Positions 24,288 to 37,020 of a DNA stretch of 64,000 nt are shown here, in pieces. The stretch lies in contig NC_057757.1 of assembly GCF_004010195.1 (NCBI RefSeq), positions 9,061,657-9,125,656 on the forward strand, given 5' to 3'. The DNA comes from Chiloscyllium plagiosum. Lineage: Eukaryota. The position numbers and the translations under genes are program-made. Position 1 is the first letter of the stretch, and the number at the start of each line of letters is the position of its first letter. The notes beneath the pieces are model-generated. The model had not been told where the DNA came from. It made no database searches and saw only the letters and a program-made list of their open reading frames with translations.

Positions 24288-24830
24288 AGAATAAAAGGCT
24301 ACAGGGCGCAGGAGACCCCTATGCATTTGTGTTAGAACGCCGGACGCATATCATTCCTTTTCGTTAAAATAAACCTGAAAGGCTGTGTGTAATCTAATCT
24401 AATCTAATCTAATCTAATCAGAATAAAAGGCTACAGGGCGCAGGAGACCCCTATGCATTTGTGTTAGAACGCCGGACGCATATCATTCCTTTTCGTTAAA
24501 ATAAACCTGAAAAGGCTGTGTGTAAGCCAGGATAAGGTAAAAACGAGGTACGGATGCTGCCTGAATTGCTGTGCTCTTCCAGCACCACTGATCCAGAATC
24601 TGTAAGCCAGGATGCTGAGCGTAGGTGCTGAGGTTAAGCACCGTTTCAGTACCCAAAAGGTTGGTGGCTTTTCAGGTGTCCAGTTCACCTGGGTCGGCTG
24701 GTTTGGCGAGGACGCATGATAGACAGGAATATCCAGAACTCAATAGTCTGGTAGCGAATGTCTGCAGTAATTCACCATGCCCAAAAAGGACAAAAGCTCA
24801 GTTCGTGCAGTGGGTGGAGAGAGGTTAATG
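24288..24830 (-). mobile_element. Endogenous retrovirus pol remnant (RT thumb/connection)
   Basis: PPTARTELLSFLGMVNYCRHSLPDY...WTPE...FWVLKRCLTSAPTLSILAYTQPFQVYFNEKE*YASGVLTQMHRGLLRPVAFYS, after removing a 67-bp insert (24534-24600) flanked by the 13-bp repeat tgtaagccaggat. Confidence 0.8.
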
Positions 24831-25049
24831 ATGGCTGCGAAGTGATCCTGAGACAGTGCTCTGAGACCATGGTGGGGAAAGCAGACACAACAACAGCATT
24901 CAAGAAAAACCTGGACAAAAACATGGATACGAAGAGAATATTGGGATACTGATCCTGTTAGTGAAAACAGTTTCAGGAAGAAGGGCAAAAAAGTGTCGGT
25001 TTTGGATTGGACGGCCGAAGGGCCTGTTCCTGTGCTGTATTGTTCTTTA

Positions 25050-26200
25050 TTCTTTGCTCCGAATACAATCTGCCACATGTCTGCCCATCTCACCAACCAG
25101 TTTGTGGGCGGCACGGTGGCACAGTGGTTAGCACTGCTGCGGATACTGATCCTGTTAGTGAAAACAGTTTCAGGAAGAAGGGCAAAAAAGTGTCGGTTTT
25201 GGATTGGACGGCCGAAGGGCATGTTCCTGTGCTGTATTGTTCTTCATTCTTTGCTCCGAATACAATCTGCCACATGTCTGCCCATCTCACCAACCAGTTT
25301 ACATGTTCCTGTAACCTACACTGATCTTTGTCGCTATGAACCTTGTTACCAATCTTGATGACGTCTGCCAATTTGCTCAACATTCCCCTCACATTGTCAT
25401 TTATATCATATCAGTGTGTAACAAACAACACGTGTCCCTGTTCTGATCCTTATGGGCCACTACTGGCCACCGGCCTCACGTTACTCAAACAGGCTTCTGC
25501 CACTATCCTTTGCGTCCCATTATTAAGGCAGTTTCTTTTATCTATTTTACCAAGTTTTCCTCTATTCTATGTGCGTTAACCTTCTCGATCCGTCTTCCAC
25601 GTGGGACATTAATAAAAGCTTCGTGAAAATCAAGATAAACCACAACAATTGAACTACCCTCAACTACACACTTAGTCAAACTTTGAATTCATTCCAACAA
25701 ATTTGTTACAATTGAACTCCCTCTGACAAAGCCATGTTGACTGTCCCTAATTGAACGATCATTTTCCAAGTGAATATTAATTCACTCCTTTAGAATTTTC
25801 TCCATTAATTCCTTCAATAATAAACCGGTCTGTAATTTCCTGATTCATCTCCACCGACCTTCTTACAGACATATTAGTCATCCTCCACTCTCCTGGCACT
25901 TCCTCTGTGGCCAGAGTGGAAGTAAAAATTTGTGTCAGAGCCTGTGCAACTTCCTGCATTGCTCCCCACACCAAACGGGGACACAATTCATCCGGGCCAG
26001 GAGATTGTTAAACCTCACAGAGCCTCCAAAACCGCCCGATTTCTATGCAATTTCACAACAGTCCCTTTTCCTGAACTCCATACATGTGTTCTTCTTTTTT
26101 AAAATGAACTTTGAAGAGAAATATTCTTTTAACACCCTTCCAATCTTCTATGGCTTCACAAGCAGGTTGCCTCCTTGGTCCCAATGTGCCCTACTCATTC
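25050..26200 (-). mobile_element. Degenerate CR1 RT fragment
   Basis: LSKLADVIKIG...LVRWADMWQI and IFTSTLATEEVPGEWRMTN. A separate plus-strand CR1 tail lies at about 24830-25055. Confidence 0.75.
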
Positions 26201-26261
26201 CCGAGTTTAGATTAGAGTGGTGCTGGAAAATCACAGCAGTTCAGGCAGCATCCGAGGAACA

Positions 26262-26298
26262 AATCAACGTTTCGGGCAAAAGCCCTTCATCAGGGATC
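26262..26298 (-). ncRNA. Minimal hammerhead ribozyme motif, core intact (Penelope terminal fragment 26213-26297)
   Basis: gaucc-CUGAUGA-a-gggc uuuu gccc-GAAAC-GUU-gauu; perfect 4-bp stem II, weak stem I. Confidence 0.6.
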
Positions 26299-26460
26299 CC
26301 GGGTTAACCTTTTCTCATTTACTAATTTATAGAATATCTTATAATTCTCCCAAATCCAGTTCACAAGCTCCCTTTGTACCTCTGTATTCCCATCGGACAA
26401 ACTTTTTATTTTACACCTCTAGCCTCTTCCACCATTCAACAGGTGCATGGATAATTCAAC

Positions 26461-26722
26461 ATTAGATTAGATTAGATTCCCTACAGTGTGGAAACAGGCC
26501 CTTCAGCCCAACCAGTCCACACCCACCCTCCAAAGAGTAACCCACCCAGACCCATTTCCCTCTGACTAATGCACCTGACACAACGGGCAATTTAGCATGG
26601 CCAATTCACCCTGACCTGCACATCTTGGGACTGTGGGAGGAAACCGGAGCACCCGGAGGAAACCCACACAGATGCGGGGAGAAAGTGCGAACTCCACAAA
26701 GACAGTCACCCGAGGCTGGAAT
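26461..26722 (-). mobile_element. HE1/V-SINE, 5'-truncated
   Basis: The plus strand shows attagattagattagattccctacagtgtggaaacaggccc and the SINE body. Confidence 0.88.
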
Positions 26723-27329
26723 TCTTCACATCCACATTCCTGCGTTTTCCCGGTAACCCTTGCTTTCCCCGTCTGATCAAGGATCTACTTCTGATGAAAA
26801 TAAACTGGAAATGTTCGCCTGCCCTCTCTCCATGGATGCTGCCTGACCCGTTGTGATTTCCAGCATTTTTTTTTGTTTTCAGTACAGAATCCAGCATGAG
26901 CAGTAATTCGCTCCGACAAGGCTCGATCTCTCTCAGCCTGAAATATACACAAGGGCTCTGCTCCCACTTCTCTCACTGTTCATCCTATTCATCCCTCATA
27001 AAACAAATCTTAGTTTCTCATTTTTTTATCTCAGCTTGGTGTGTATATCTGCAATTTTGGGCCATAATCAGTCTTATTTATATTACCCAATCTGTAAAAC
27101 AACCACATTTGTGCATCAGCTGCCAATCCATTATCATTGCCTTTTAAAACTCTTCTTTATCTTCTGTTCAATTTCTGTTTGAAGTTTTTGGAGTGTTTCT
27201 TATACTAAATTCCATAGTCAATCTCAGTTATTTTTACTTTGTTCATGGGATGTGGGGATCTCTGGCTAAAACGGTATTTATGGCCCATCCCGAACATCTC
27301 CAGTGAATACGATGGTGTGAAGTGAGTTG

Positions 27330-28110
27330 AACTGGATTGAATTTATTGTCACGTGCACCAAGGCACAGTGAAAAGCTTTGCTTGTGAGCAATACAGGCAG
27401 GTCACTTAGTTAAGTAGCATAGATAAGTGAACAATAAGCAAACAGCAGCAAAAACAAGAATACAGGTCCAGGCAAATGTAAGGGTTTTGTGAGACCATTC
27501 AGTATTCGAACAAGAGAAGGGTAGAAACTGTTACGAAACTGGCTGGTCCGGGTGTTCAGGCTTCTATATCTTATCCCCGATGGTAGAATTGTAGCAAAGC
27601 ATTGCCAGGGTGGGATGGATCTTTGAGAATGCTGGCGGCCTTTCCCTGACAGTGGGCCTGGTAGATGGATTCTATAGATGGAAGGTTGTCCTTTGTGATT
27701 GTCCAGGCTGACTTCACCACTCTCTGTAACCATCTCCTATCTTGAATAGTACAGTTGCCATACCAGGTAGTGATACATCCAGACAGAATGCTCTCGCTGG
27801 CGCATCCTATAAAAATTGGTAAGGCTATTCGCCATCATGCAAAATTTCCTCTGCTCCCTGAAGAAGAACAGACGTTGTTGGGCTTTTGTAATCAGTGCGT
27901 CCACATGAAGAGTCCAAGAAAGCTTGTTGTGGTTGACCACTTCCAGGAGCGTGAGACTGTCCAATCATTCCACCTCTCTGCTGTTAATGTGTAGAGGGGC
28001 ATGAGTAACATCCCGCTGAAAGTCAGTAATGCGTTCCTTGGTTTTGCCAGCTTTCAGAGCTAGATTGTTCTCAGTGCACTATTTTTCCAGGTTTTCCACC
28101 TCCCGTCTGA
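27330..28110 (-). mobile_element. Rex1/Babar-like LINE 3' end
   Basis: LSWTLHVDALITKAQQRLFF, LTNFYR and LPSGIRYRSLNTRTSQFRNSFYP; 3' aataaattcaatcc tail. Confidence 0.8.
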
Positions 28111-28129
28111 TCAGATTCACTGCTGTTTC

Positions 28130-29430
28130 TACAGTTACCTGCATGCACTTTTTGTTTTTCACTTGCGGAACGTGGGTATTGCTGGTCTGATATTTATTAC
28201 CTGTCCCCAGTTGCTCCTCCATAAAGTGTGGGGGTGAGCTGCCTTGTTGAACTGCTGCAGTCACTGTGGTGTAGGGAGAGCCACAATGCTTATAGGGAGG
28301 GAGCTCCAGGACTCTGACCCAGTAACACTGAAGGAATGGTAATATGTTTCCAAGTCAGGATGGTGAGTGGCTTTGAAGGGGTTGGTGTTCTCATGTACCT
28401 GTTGCTCTTGTCCTTTTTAATAGTAGAGGTTATGGGTTTGCAAGGTGCTCTCTCGGGACCTTCAGTCACTTTTTACAGAGCATCTTGTAGATGGTGCAGA
28501 CTGCTGCTACTGAGCAAAAGTGTTGGAGGGAATATGATGCCAATTAAGTGGGCTGCTTTGTCCTGAATGGTATCAAGCTTTTTGAGTGTTGTTAGAGCTG
28601 CACCCATCCAGGCAAGTAGGGAGCATTCTGTCACGCTCTTGACTTGTGCTTTGTAGATGCTGGGCAGGCTTTGGGGATGAAGGAGGTGAGTTAGTTCCAA
28701 CAGCATCGTAAACATCTAACAAGTGTTTTTAGCAAAATTGTATTTATTTGGCAAGGTCCAATTCAGCTTCCCGGCAAAACCAACGCCAATGGTGTTAATT
28801 TAGGGTCGGATTCAGTGATGGGAACATCAGTGAATGGTCAAGGAGCAGTGATAAGATTGTCTCTAATTGGTGATTATCATTGCCTGGCATTTCAGTGGTA
28901 TTTGCCACTTGTCAGCCTAAGCCTGGACATTAGACAGAAGTGGGTAGATGCTGGAGATTAGAGGGAAGATTAGAGTGGTACTGGTAAAGCACAGCAGGTC
29001 AGGCAGCATCCGAGGAGCAGGAAAATCAACATTTCAGGCAAAAGCCCTTTGTCAGGAATGTTGGATGTTGCTCAGGTCTCATTGCATTTGACCATGAACT
29101 GCATCAGTGCCTGAAGAGTCGCAAATGGTGCTGAAACATTGTGCAACCATCGGTGAACACCCTGACTTCTGAAATTATGATGGATGTAAGATTGAGCACC
29201 AGAAGGTGGTTGGGGAGAGGACACTACACTGAGCACCTGTTGCTGAGATGTCCTGGAAAAGAGACGTCCAATGTCAAACAGCCACTACATTTTCCTATGT
29301 AGCAGGTATAAATGTAACCAGCGGATAGTTTTCCCCGATCCCCTTGAATCCAGATTTCCTAGCACTGCTTGAAGCCACACTGTGTCATTCATGGCCTTGA
29401 TAATAAAGGTAGTCAGTCTCGCCTCACCTC
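28130..29430 (-). mobile_element. Degenerate CR1/L2-group LINE 3' part (family of 4570-7330) with a Penelope fragment at about 28945-29060
   Basis: SIYKAQVKSVTECSLLAWMGAALTTLKKLDTIQDKAAHLIG. Confidence 0.78.
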
Positions 29431-29913
29431 TGATACTCACATAATCTTGATATTACAGTTTTTCCCGTCTCATAATTTACTTTTTAACAAAATACTCTCT
29501 GTCTCTCCTGTGTCTAAATGGACCTCCATTTGTGGTAACTCATCGAATCTGTTTTGACACAGATCTCAGTTCTGAAAAAGGGTCGTATCAGACACAAAAT
29601 ATTAAATTGCCCTGCAGATGCTGCCAGACCTGCTGAGTTTTTCCAGCATCCTCTGTTTTCGCTGTAAGTAATGACTCCATTCTGTTGTTCCTAAATTCTT
29701 TTTCTGAAGATATATGATTAGGATCAGATTGGGGTCTTTCACATTTCACCTTTCGTGCATAAGACGTCAAGTCAAAGACATTTCAAAACAGCTTCTTTTG
29801 CTGTTGCAATTTCACAATTAATTTCCAAATACAAAACAACGAATGCTCCTGGGAGTATCACGTCAGGGATAAGTGTCTCACCCACTTCATGTGGAGTAGT
29901 GAATCTTACCGAA

Positions 29914-29983
29914 ATGCATGGTGCACCAGAAGGTCTGCTCTTTGCCATTTATTATCCCATCCTTGCAGCTGTCGGGGTGCCAG
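29914..29983 (+). CDS. GPR139/GPR142-like GPCR gene B, exon 1 (MHGAPEGLLFAIYYPILAAVGVP)
   Basis: ATG at 29914, 23 codons plus 1 nt, donor CCAG|GTACTG. YYPILAAVGVP parallels FYTILGIIGIP of gene A, with the same phase-1 intron position. Confidence 0.85.
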
Positions 29984-30121
29984 GTACTGGACTGGAATCC
30001 TTCTTATATTTTGAAAGTCATTTTGATTTTAGCTGCTTCAACTAAACACTGCTGTCATCCACTGGTCCACTTTGTGTACCTGCTTCCCTTTCAGCATTTT
30101 TATGTCTTTCCTGGAAAGATC

Positions 30122-31416
30122 TTTTTTTAATTTCAAAATATACTTTATTCATAGAAATAGATCTTTGGTACTTGTACAATTTGTCATTTCGTTCATAGAT
30201 ATATATATATTGCATGTCTTAACATTACAAAGAACAGATTGAAATTAATCGAATTTACAGTTATCCTATTTACAGTTCCCTTTATTAACCATCCAGTCTC
30301 TTAGTATTTAGCTGTGGCTTCAGCGGAACCCACCTACTGAGTGGGTGCCCTGTTATACGATAGAAAATGAACCTTCTTTAACCCCCAGTTTATGGGGTTA
30401 CCATTGTCCATTTGACTGTCCTGTCTCTGGGGTAGCTGTTTACATCCCCATGGTGAGCACGAACTGTTGGACCCTCGCTGGGCTGAGGTAGCTATCCAGC
30501 TCCTCACTGGGATCATTTACCTGCTCTGGTGTCATTGAGCCAAGGAAAGGGTCTGCACCATCCAGTTCTGTGTCTGACAATGGGACTGTCAGAGGATCGC
30601 AGCTCTCAGTTACCTGTAGTTGTGGGGCAGTGGGTACCCCTGGTTCTCACTGGGTGGAGGGTGGACTTTGGGGGGTCCGTTGTTTCCGGGTTGGGAGGAA
30701 ATGCCCTCCTCTTTACCTATGGTGCTCTGTCTCTTCTTCTGATGGTGATGACCTTCTTTGCGCCCTCTCCCTCGTGCAGCTGTCTTTTCCCCCTTTGCTG
30801 GGAGGCTTTGGGGGCCTGGCCGGATTTTCTCTTCCTGTTTTTAGCAGGTATCCACTCCTCTGCCTGCTCGATTACCTCCTCCTCCAATGCTTCCTTCTGC
30901 CCAGCTAGAGCTAGGATCAGCTGCTGTGTCTCCTCCACTCCAGCCTGTTCTTCTTTCTGGGTGCCACCAGACTCCGTTTCCCTGCTGTCTAGGTGGACCT
31001 TACTGGTCTTAGGGGGTCCACGGTTCACATTGCCACCTCCAGCCATCTGTGCGTAAGTGTTCTTTCTGGGTGCCACCAGACTCTGTTTCCCTGCTGTCTA
31101 GGTGGACCTGACTGGTCTTAGGGGGTCCACGGCTCACATTGCCACCTCCAGCCATCTGTGCGTAAGTGGGGCCCCCCCGTCTTGGGCAGGTCTTGTACAT
31201 GTGGCCCGTCTCTCCGCACAGGTTGCAGCTCTTTGCTTCCTGACAGTCCTTAGTCAGGTGACCCTCCTGTTTGCAGTTCCTGCAGATGGTCACCTTGCAG
31301 TCCGCCGCCACGTGTCCCGACGTCCCGCAGGTTCGGCACACTTTCGGTTGCCCTGCATATGTCAGGTAGCCTCTGTTCCCTCCAGTTGCGAAGCTTGAGG
31401 GTGGGTGAAGAATGTT
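30122..31416 (-). mobile_element. L1/Tx1-type element retaining the ORF1 3' part (three CCHC knuckles), 3' UTR and poly(A), with no ORF2
   Basis: NILHPPSSFATGGNRGYLTYAGQPKV-CRTCGTSGHVAADC...CRNCKQEGHLTKDC...CNLCGETGHMYKTC; ORF end YLSPARVQQFVLTMGM*; AATAAA and an A-tail at about 30150-30122; ggaaaga on both flanks. Confidence 0.8.
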
Positions 31417-32534
31417 GGAAAGACATTTGCTTTGAGAATATCAGTGTATCTCTGTGGCTATAGTTGTGTCTTTCGACCACAATATTGTTTAGCCTATACT
31501 ATCACTTCTCTCTTTTAAGTGAATATCTTCTTGACTCATGCATAACAATTTGTCCCCTTTAACAGCATTCCTTTTAAACTATCATCTATTGTAATATTCC
31601 TACCAGTGGATCATATATCTCCTATTTCAATTTGCAAGTTTTTGACTTAATATGTCAAGAAACTTAATGTTTCTTTTATCATTGTTAATAGTCTGACTGC
31701 TGATGTAATTCCAAGCTTTGAGCGACCAATCTGAATGAATGATAGCCACTAGCTACAAGAGAACGTTGTGTATTTGTATCACCTGTACTGTAGTGAGACA
31801 ATGTTGTCACTTTGAGAGGTTATTTTGTACCTTTTTCAGGAAAAGTTGTTGTAAGGCAAAGGTCTGATCCATAATAGTAGTAAGACCGGCAAGTTACCAA
31901 TTACAATGCTGACCATCGTGATGAGAATAACAATGTGGTCAGTTGGCAATTGTGTTTTCAATTCGATTCTTAAATATAGAGAGAATGTGGGGGAAAAGGT
32001 GATCGTACACAGCTCCTAACTGTTGGTATACAGTCAGCTGAAGACACCCCAACCAGAAGTGTGTGTGTGTGGGGGAGGGAGTGGGGCATGTCAGAGAGGC
32101 ACAAGGGGATACTCGCAGAGGACCATTCTCATGGCAACTAGGGCGAGGCAGTAAATTCTGGCCCAGTCGGTGATAATGCCAATAGTCCATAAATGATTCA
32201 GAAAAGTATGGTATAAGGTATGTTTCTCAGATGCATGTGATCATTTTGTAAAATAACTGTAACACTGGAGAGCTTTGACAGAGTTATCTATTGATCATAT
32301 TATATGCAGAAATTTAACCCAAAAAGGGCCTTGTTACAACATTGTCGGGTCTCGAAAAATGTGCCATGAAGTTTGCGTTTGAGTCCCTTCTGTGCCTGAT
32401 GTGTATCGTAACGTGCATGAACTGGTGGCACAAGATTAGTTGCACGTTCTGTTCCTGCCGTGCAGTGAAGTTCATGAAGTACATTTAACGCACAAAGATC
32501 CCTGGTTTGTCATGTTGCTAATCTGTAAGCAATA

Positions 32535-32607
32535 CATTCCGTGGTGTAATGGTGAGCACTCTGGACACTGAATCCAGTCATTTTCATCCAAATTGGATTT
32601 GGATCCC
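32535..32607 (+). pseudogene. tRNA-Gln(CTG)-derived pseudogene
   Basis: ttccgtggtgtaatggtgagcactctggacactgaatccag closely matches the 5' two-thirds of vertebrate tRNA-Gln (anticodon ctg at 32568-32570); the T-arm and acceptor stem are decayed. Confidence 0.7.
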
Positions 32608-32863
32608 CATTTCGTCCAAACGTAGGGATTGAGGCAAAGAACCATTGACTAATTATGCCCGATGGATGGAGTTAAAAAATCACACAACACCAGGCTATAG
32701 TCCAACAGGTTTATTTCAAAGTGCATCCAGATAAACCCATTAGACTATAACCTGGCGTTGTGTGGTTTTTGACTTTGCCCACCCGAGTCCAACACCGGCA
32801 CCACCAAGTCTATGGCAGTAGGTTGACCTGCCCACCCTCATCGTTATCACAAAGGATCATTAC

Positions 32864-33200
32864 GGGCGGCACGGTGGCACAGTGGTTAGCACTGCTGCCT
32901 CACAGCGCCAGAGACCCGGGTTCAATTCCCGCCTCAGGCGACTGACTGTGTGGAGTTTGCACCTTCTCCCCGTGTCTGCGTGGGTTTCCTCCGGGTGCTC
33001 CGGTTTCCTCCCACAGTCACAAAGATGTGCGGGTCAGGTGAATTGGCCATGCTAAATTGCCCGTAGTGTTAGGTGAAGGGGTAAGTGTAGGGGTATGGGT
33101 GGGTTGCGCTTCGGCGGGGCGGTGTGGACTTGTTGGGCCGAAGGGCCTGTTTCCACACTGTAGGTAATCTAAAAAAAAAGGTAATCTAAAAAAAATCTAA
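32864..33200 (+). mobile_element. HE1/V-SINE, full length, in the intron of gene B
   Basis: Consensus-like head, body and tail. Confidence 0.93.
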
Positions 33201-33476
33201 AATGTTACACAGGGTCCCAACCCCTGGGTCAGAAGTTCATGCCCTCTTCAGGTATCTCATAAGTGATCCCAACAGGTTGATTTGAAATAATTATGAAGGA
33301 AAACATGTTGACACTGACATGGAGTATTAGCTGGAGGTATCCATGTCGAGAGTTTAGTGCTGGAAAAGCACAGCAGGTCAGGCAGCATCCGAGGACTAGG
33401 AGAACCTATGTTTTGGGCATAAGCCCCTGATCATTACAACAAAGGATCATGTTTCACTGTGACCCAACCCCTGGCA

Positions 33477-35745
33477 TTTTGGCGATATTAGGCAAGAACT
33501 TTCAAAAGCTGATTGCGGGCAGATGTTTGAAGGTAAAGGGACGGCTGGAAAATGGGAAGCCTTCAGGAATGAGATAACGAGAGTCAAGAGAAAGTATAGT
33601 CCCGTTAGGATGAAAGGAAAGGCTGGTAGGTATAGGGAATGCTGGATGACTAGAGAAATTGAGGGTTTGATTAAGAAAAAGAATGAAACATATGTAAGGT
33701 ATAGACAGGATAGATCGAGTGAAGAGTATAAAGGCAGTAGGAGTATACTTAAGAGGGAAATCAGGAGGGCAAAAGGGGGACATGAGATAGCTTTGGCAAA
33801 TAGAATTAAGAAGAATCCAAAGAGTTTTTACAAATACATTCGGGAAAAAAGGGTTACCAGGGAGAGAATAGTACCCCTCAAAGATCAGGAAGGTGGCCTT
33901 TGTGTGGAGCTGCACAAAATGGGGGAGATACTAAGTGAGTGTTTTGCATCAATATTTACTGTGGAAAAGGATATGGAAGATATAGAATGTTGGGAAATAG
34001 ATGATGACACCTTGCAAAATGTCCATATAACAAAGGAGGAAGTGCTGGATGCCTTGAAACGCATAAAGGTGTATAAATCTGCAGGACCTAATCAGGTATA
34101 TCCTAGAAACCTGTGGGAAGTTGGAGAAGTGATTGCTGGGCCTCTTGCTGAGATATTTGTATCATCGATAGTCACAGGTGAGGTGCTGGAAGAATAGACG
34201 TTGACTAACGTGGCTAACTTGTTTAAGAAGGGTGGTAAGGAAAAGCCAGGGAACTATAGATCAGTGAGCCTGACGTCAATGGTGGGCATGTTGTTGGAGA
34301 GAATCCTGAGGGGCAGGATGTACATGCATTTGAAAAGGCAATGACTGATTAGGGATAGTCAACATGGCTTTGTGTGTGGGAAATCATGTACAACAAACTT
34401 GATTGATTTTTTTCAGGAAGTAACAAAGAGAATTGATGAAGGCAGAGCAGTAGATGTGATCTATATGGACTTCACTAAGGCGTTCAGCAAGGTTAGATCT
34501 CATGGAATACAGGGAGAACTAGCCATTTGGTTACAGAACTGGCTCAAAGGTAGAAGACAGAGGGTGGTGGTGGAGGGTTGTTTTTCAGACTGGAGGCCTG
34601 TGACCAGTGGAGTGCCACAAGGATTGGTGCTGGGTCCTCTACTTTTTATCATTTACATAAATGATTTGGATGTGAGCATAAGAGGTACAGTTAGTAAGTT
34701 TGCAGATGACACCAAAATCGGAGGTGTAGTGGAAAGATAAGAAGGCAACCTTGATCTTGATCAGATGTGCCAATGGGCTGAGAATTGGCAGATGGATTTT
34801 AATTCAGATAAGTGTGAGGTTCAAATGATTTGGATGTGAGCATTAGAGGTACAGTTAGTAAATTTGCAGATGACACCAAAATCAGAGGTGTAGTGGAAAG
34901 AGAAGAGGGTTACCTCAGATTACAAGAAGATCTTGATCAGATGTGCCAATGGGCTGAGAATTGGCAGATGGATTTTAATTCAGATAAGTGTGAGGTTCTG
35001 CATTTTGGGAAAGCAAGTCAGAGCAGGACTTTTATACTTAATGATAAGGTCCTAGGGAGTGTTAATGAACAAAGGGACCTTGGAGTGCAGGTTCATAGCT
35101 CCTTGAAATTGGAGTCGCAGGTAGATAGGAAAGTGAAGAAGGTGTTTGGTATGCTTTCCTTTATTGGTCAGAGTATTGAGTACAGGAGTTGGGATGTCAT
35201 GTTGGAGCTGTACGGGACATTGGTTATACCACTGTTGGAATATTGTGTGCAATTCTGGTCTCCTTCCTATCAGAAAGATGTTGTGAAACTTGAAATGTTT
35301 CAGAAAAGATTTACAAGGATGTTGCCAGGGTTGGAGGGTTTGAGCTATAGGGAGAGGCTGAACAGGCAAGGGCTGTTTTCCCTGGAGCGTCGGAGGCTGA
35401 GGGGTGACCTTATAGAGGTTTACAAAATTATGAGGGGCATGGATAGGGTAAATAGGCAAAGTATTTTGGGGCATAGGTTTAGGGTGAGAGGTGAAAGATA
35501 TAAAAGAGACCTAAGGGGCAACAATTTCACACAGCGGTTGGTATGTGTATGGAATGAGCTGTCAGAGGCTGGTAAAACTGCAACATTTAAAAGGCATCGT
35601 GATGGGTATATGAATAGGAAGGGTTTGGAGGAATATGGACCGGGTGCTGACAGGTGTGACTAGATTGTGCTGGGTTATCTGTTTAGCATGGACGGGTTGG
35701 ACCGAAGGGTCTGTTTCCATGCTGTCCATCTCGAAGATTCTATGC
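33477..35745 (+). mobile_element. 5'-truncated CR1 LINE (about 2.3 kb of ORF2 plus tail) in the intron of gene B
   Basis: ORFs at 33523, 34372 and 34830 carry [32 protein letters not shown] and LEYCVQFWSP; internal duplication at about 34659-34999. Confidence 0.95.
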
Positions 35746-36814
35746 CTTTATAAGGAGGGCTTATGCCCAAAACGTCAATTCTCTTGCTCCTCGGATGCTT
35801 TCTGACCTGCTGTGATTCTCCAACACTACACTCTTGACTCTGAGCTCCAGCATCTGCAGTCCTTACTTTCTCCATGAGTTATCCATGTGTAATGTTTCAC
35901 TCTGAAATGTAAGGTAAAACACAATCAATATTAGCTTCTGGTGTCCAACTTCATCATCTGGATCGTAGGAGTATAACCATAGAAACAGAGAACCGTACAA
36001 CATGGGAGAAGCACATGGAGTTACATCAATAAGATCGACTCTCAATCCACTCTAGTCCCATTTTAAAGCCCATAGCTGTGAATGTTATGACATCTCAAGT
36101 GCTCATCCATATTTTTCTTGTGAATGGTATGTGGTTTCCCATTTCGACTACACTCTCAGGCTATACCTCACCATGTTCTGGGTGAAGGAAAATTGTCCTC
36201 AGAACCTCTCCATACCTTGTGCCTTTGTGAGATGTTTACATGCTGGATTAGATTTGAAAGGTGTTGAATTTATTGCTCGGATTTATTATTTGTTTGCTGC
36301 GTTCAAGAGGTCGCTGTATGTCAGTGTTATGGTCCCTATTATCTCTGTCATATCACCTGCCTCATGTGAAGTCACAATATTGAAGGGATTGAAAAGTCTC
36401 AGCTGAATGTAACAAATGACAGCAACAAAATAATGTCATTTTGCAAAATAAGTTTATAAAAAGTGTGCATGTGGTGAAAATGTAATGCGTCTGGACACTT
36501 TATCCATAAGTTCTCTTTTCTCTCTGCATTCTCAGTCTCAAACACCATTCGTGGTTCAGTGTCAGCTTGATCTTCAAAACGACCTGTGACTGATGGTTGC
36601 TCATTGAACACTGTTGAGGTCTTAGAGAGGCAATGCTCTGATTTGTTCCTACTCTCAATCTTTTCTTAAGGAGCTATAGTTAAGCGGCATCTTTCCTATA
36701 TGTGTTTCAAAGATGTAGCTCAACATGTATGATTGACTAAGGAAATACCTTATCCTGATTCGCCTGTGCATCTCCAGTGGGAGTGCTGCTTACATGGTCC
36801 GACTTAGTCGCCAT

Positions 36815-37020
36815 TGTCTGACTAGACCATAAGGCTGCTCTCTCATTCGAGCGAAATGATTGGTGGTGGTTTCACCTGTGGTCACCATGCTTCAGAGAAG
36901 GGCAGAGTTTGATAAGGAGAGCCCTTAATGGTAATCTCAGCCAGTGCAGCACTTGAACCCACACTATTACCATGAAACAGCATTGCAGCCCAGTCATCCA
37001 ACCAACTGAGTTAACCAACC
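36815..37020 (-). mobile_element. Old tRNA-derived SINE of a different family
   Basis: Minus-strand ggttaactcagttggttgg (A-box-like) and gtgggttcaagtgc (B-box-like), followed by a non-HE1 body. Confidence 0.5.

Noticed and set aside
3800..24830. Env fossil and ERV pol fossil as parts of one provirus
   Set aside because: They share strand and order but lie over 12 kb apart with unrelated sequence between, no integrase or LTR links them, and the env type does not match a gamma/epsilon pol.
31009..31341. Zinc-knuckle ORF as a host ZCCHC3-like gene
   Set aside because: It is 5'-truncated, frameshifted, poly(A)-tailed and flanked by a probable TSD, so it is retroelement ORF1.
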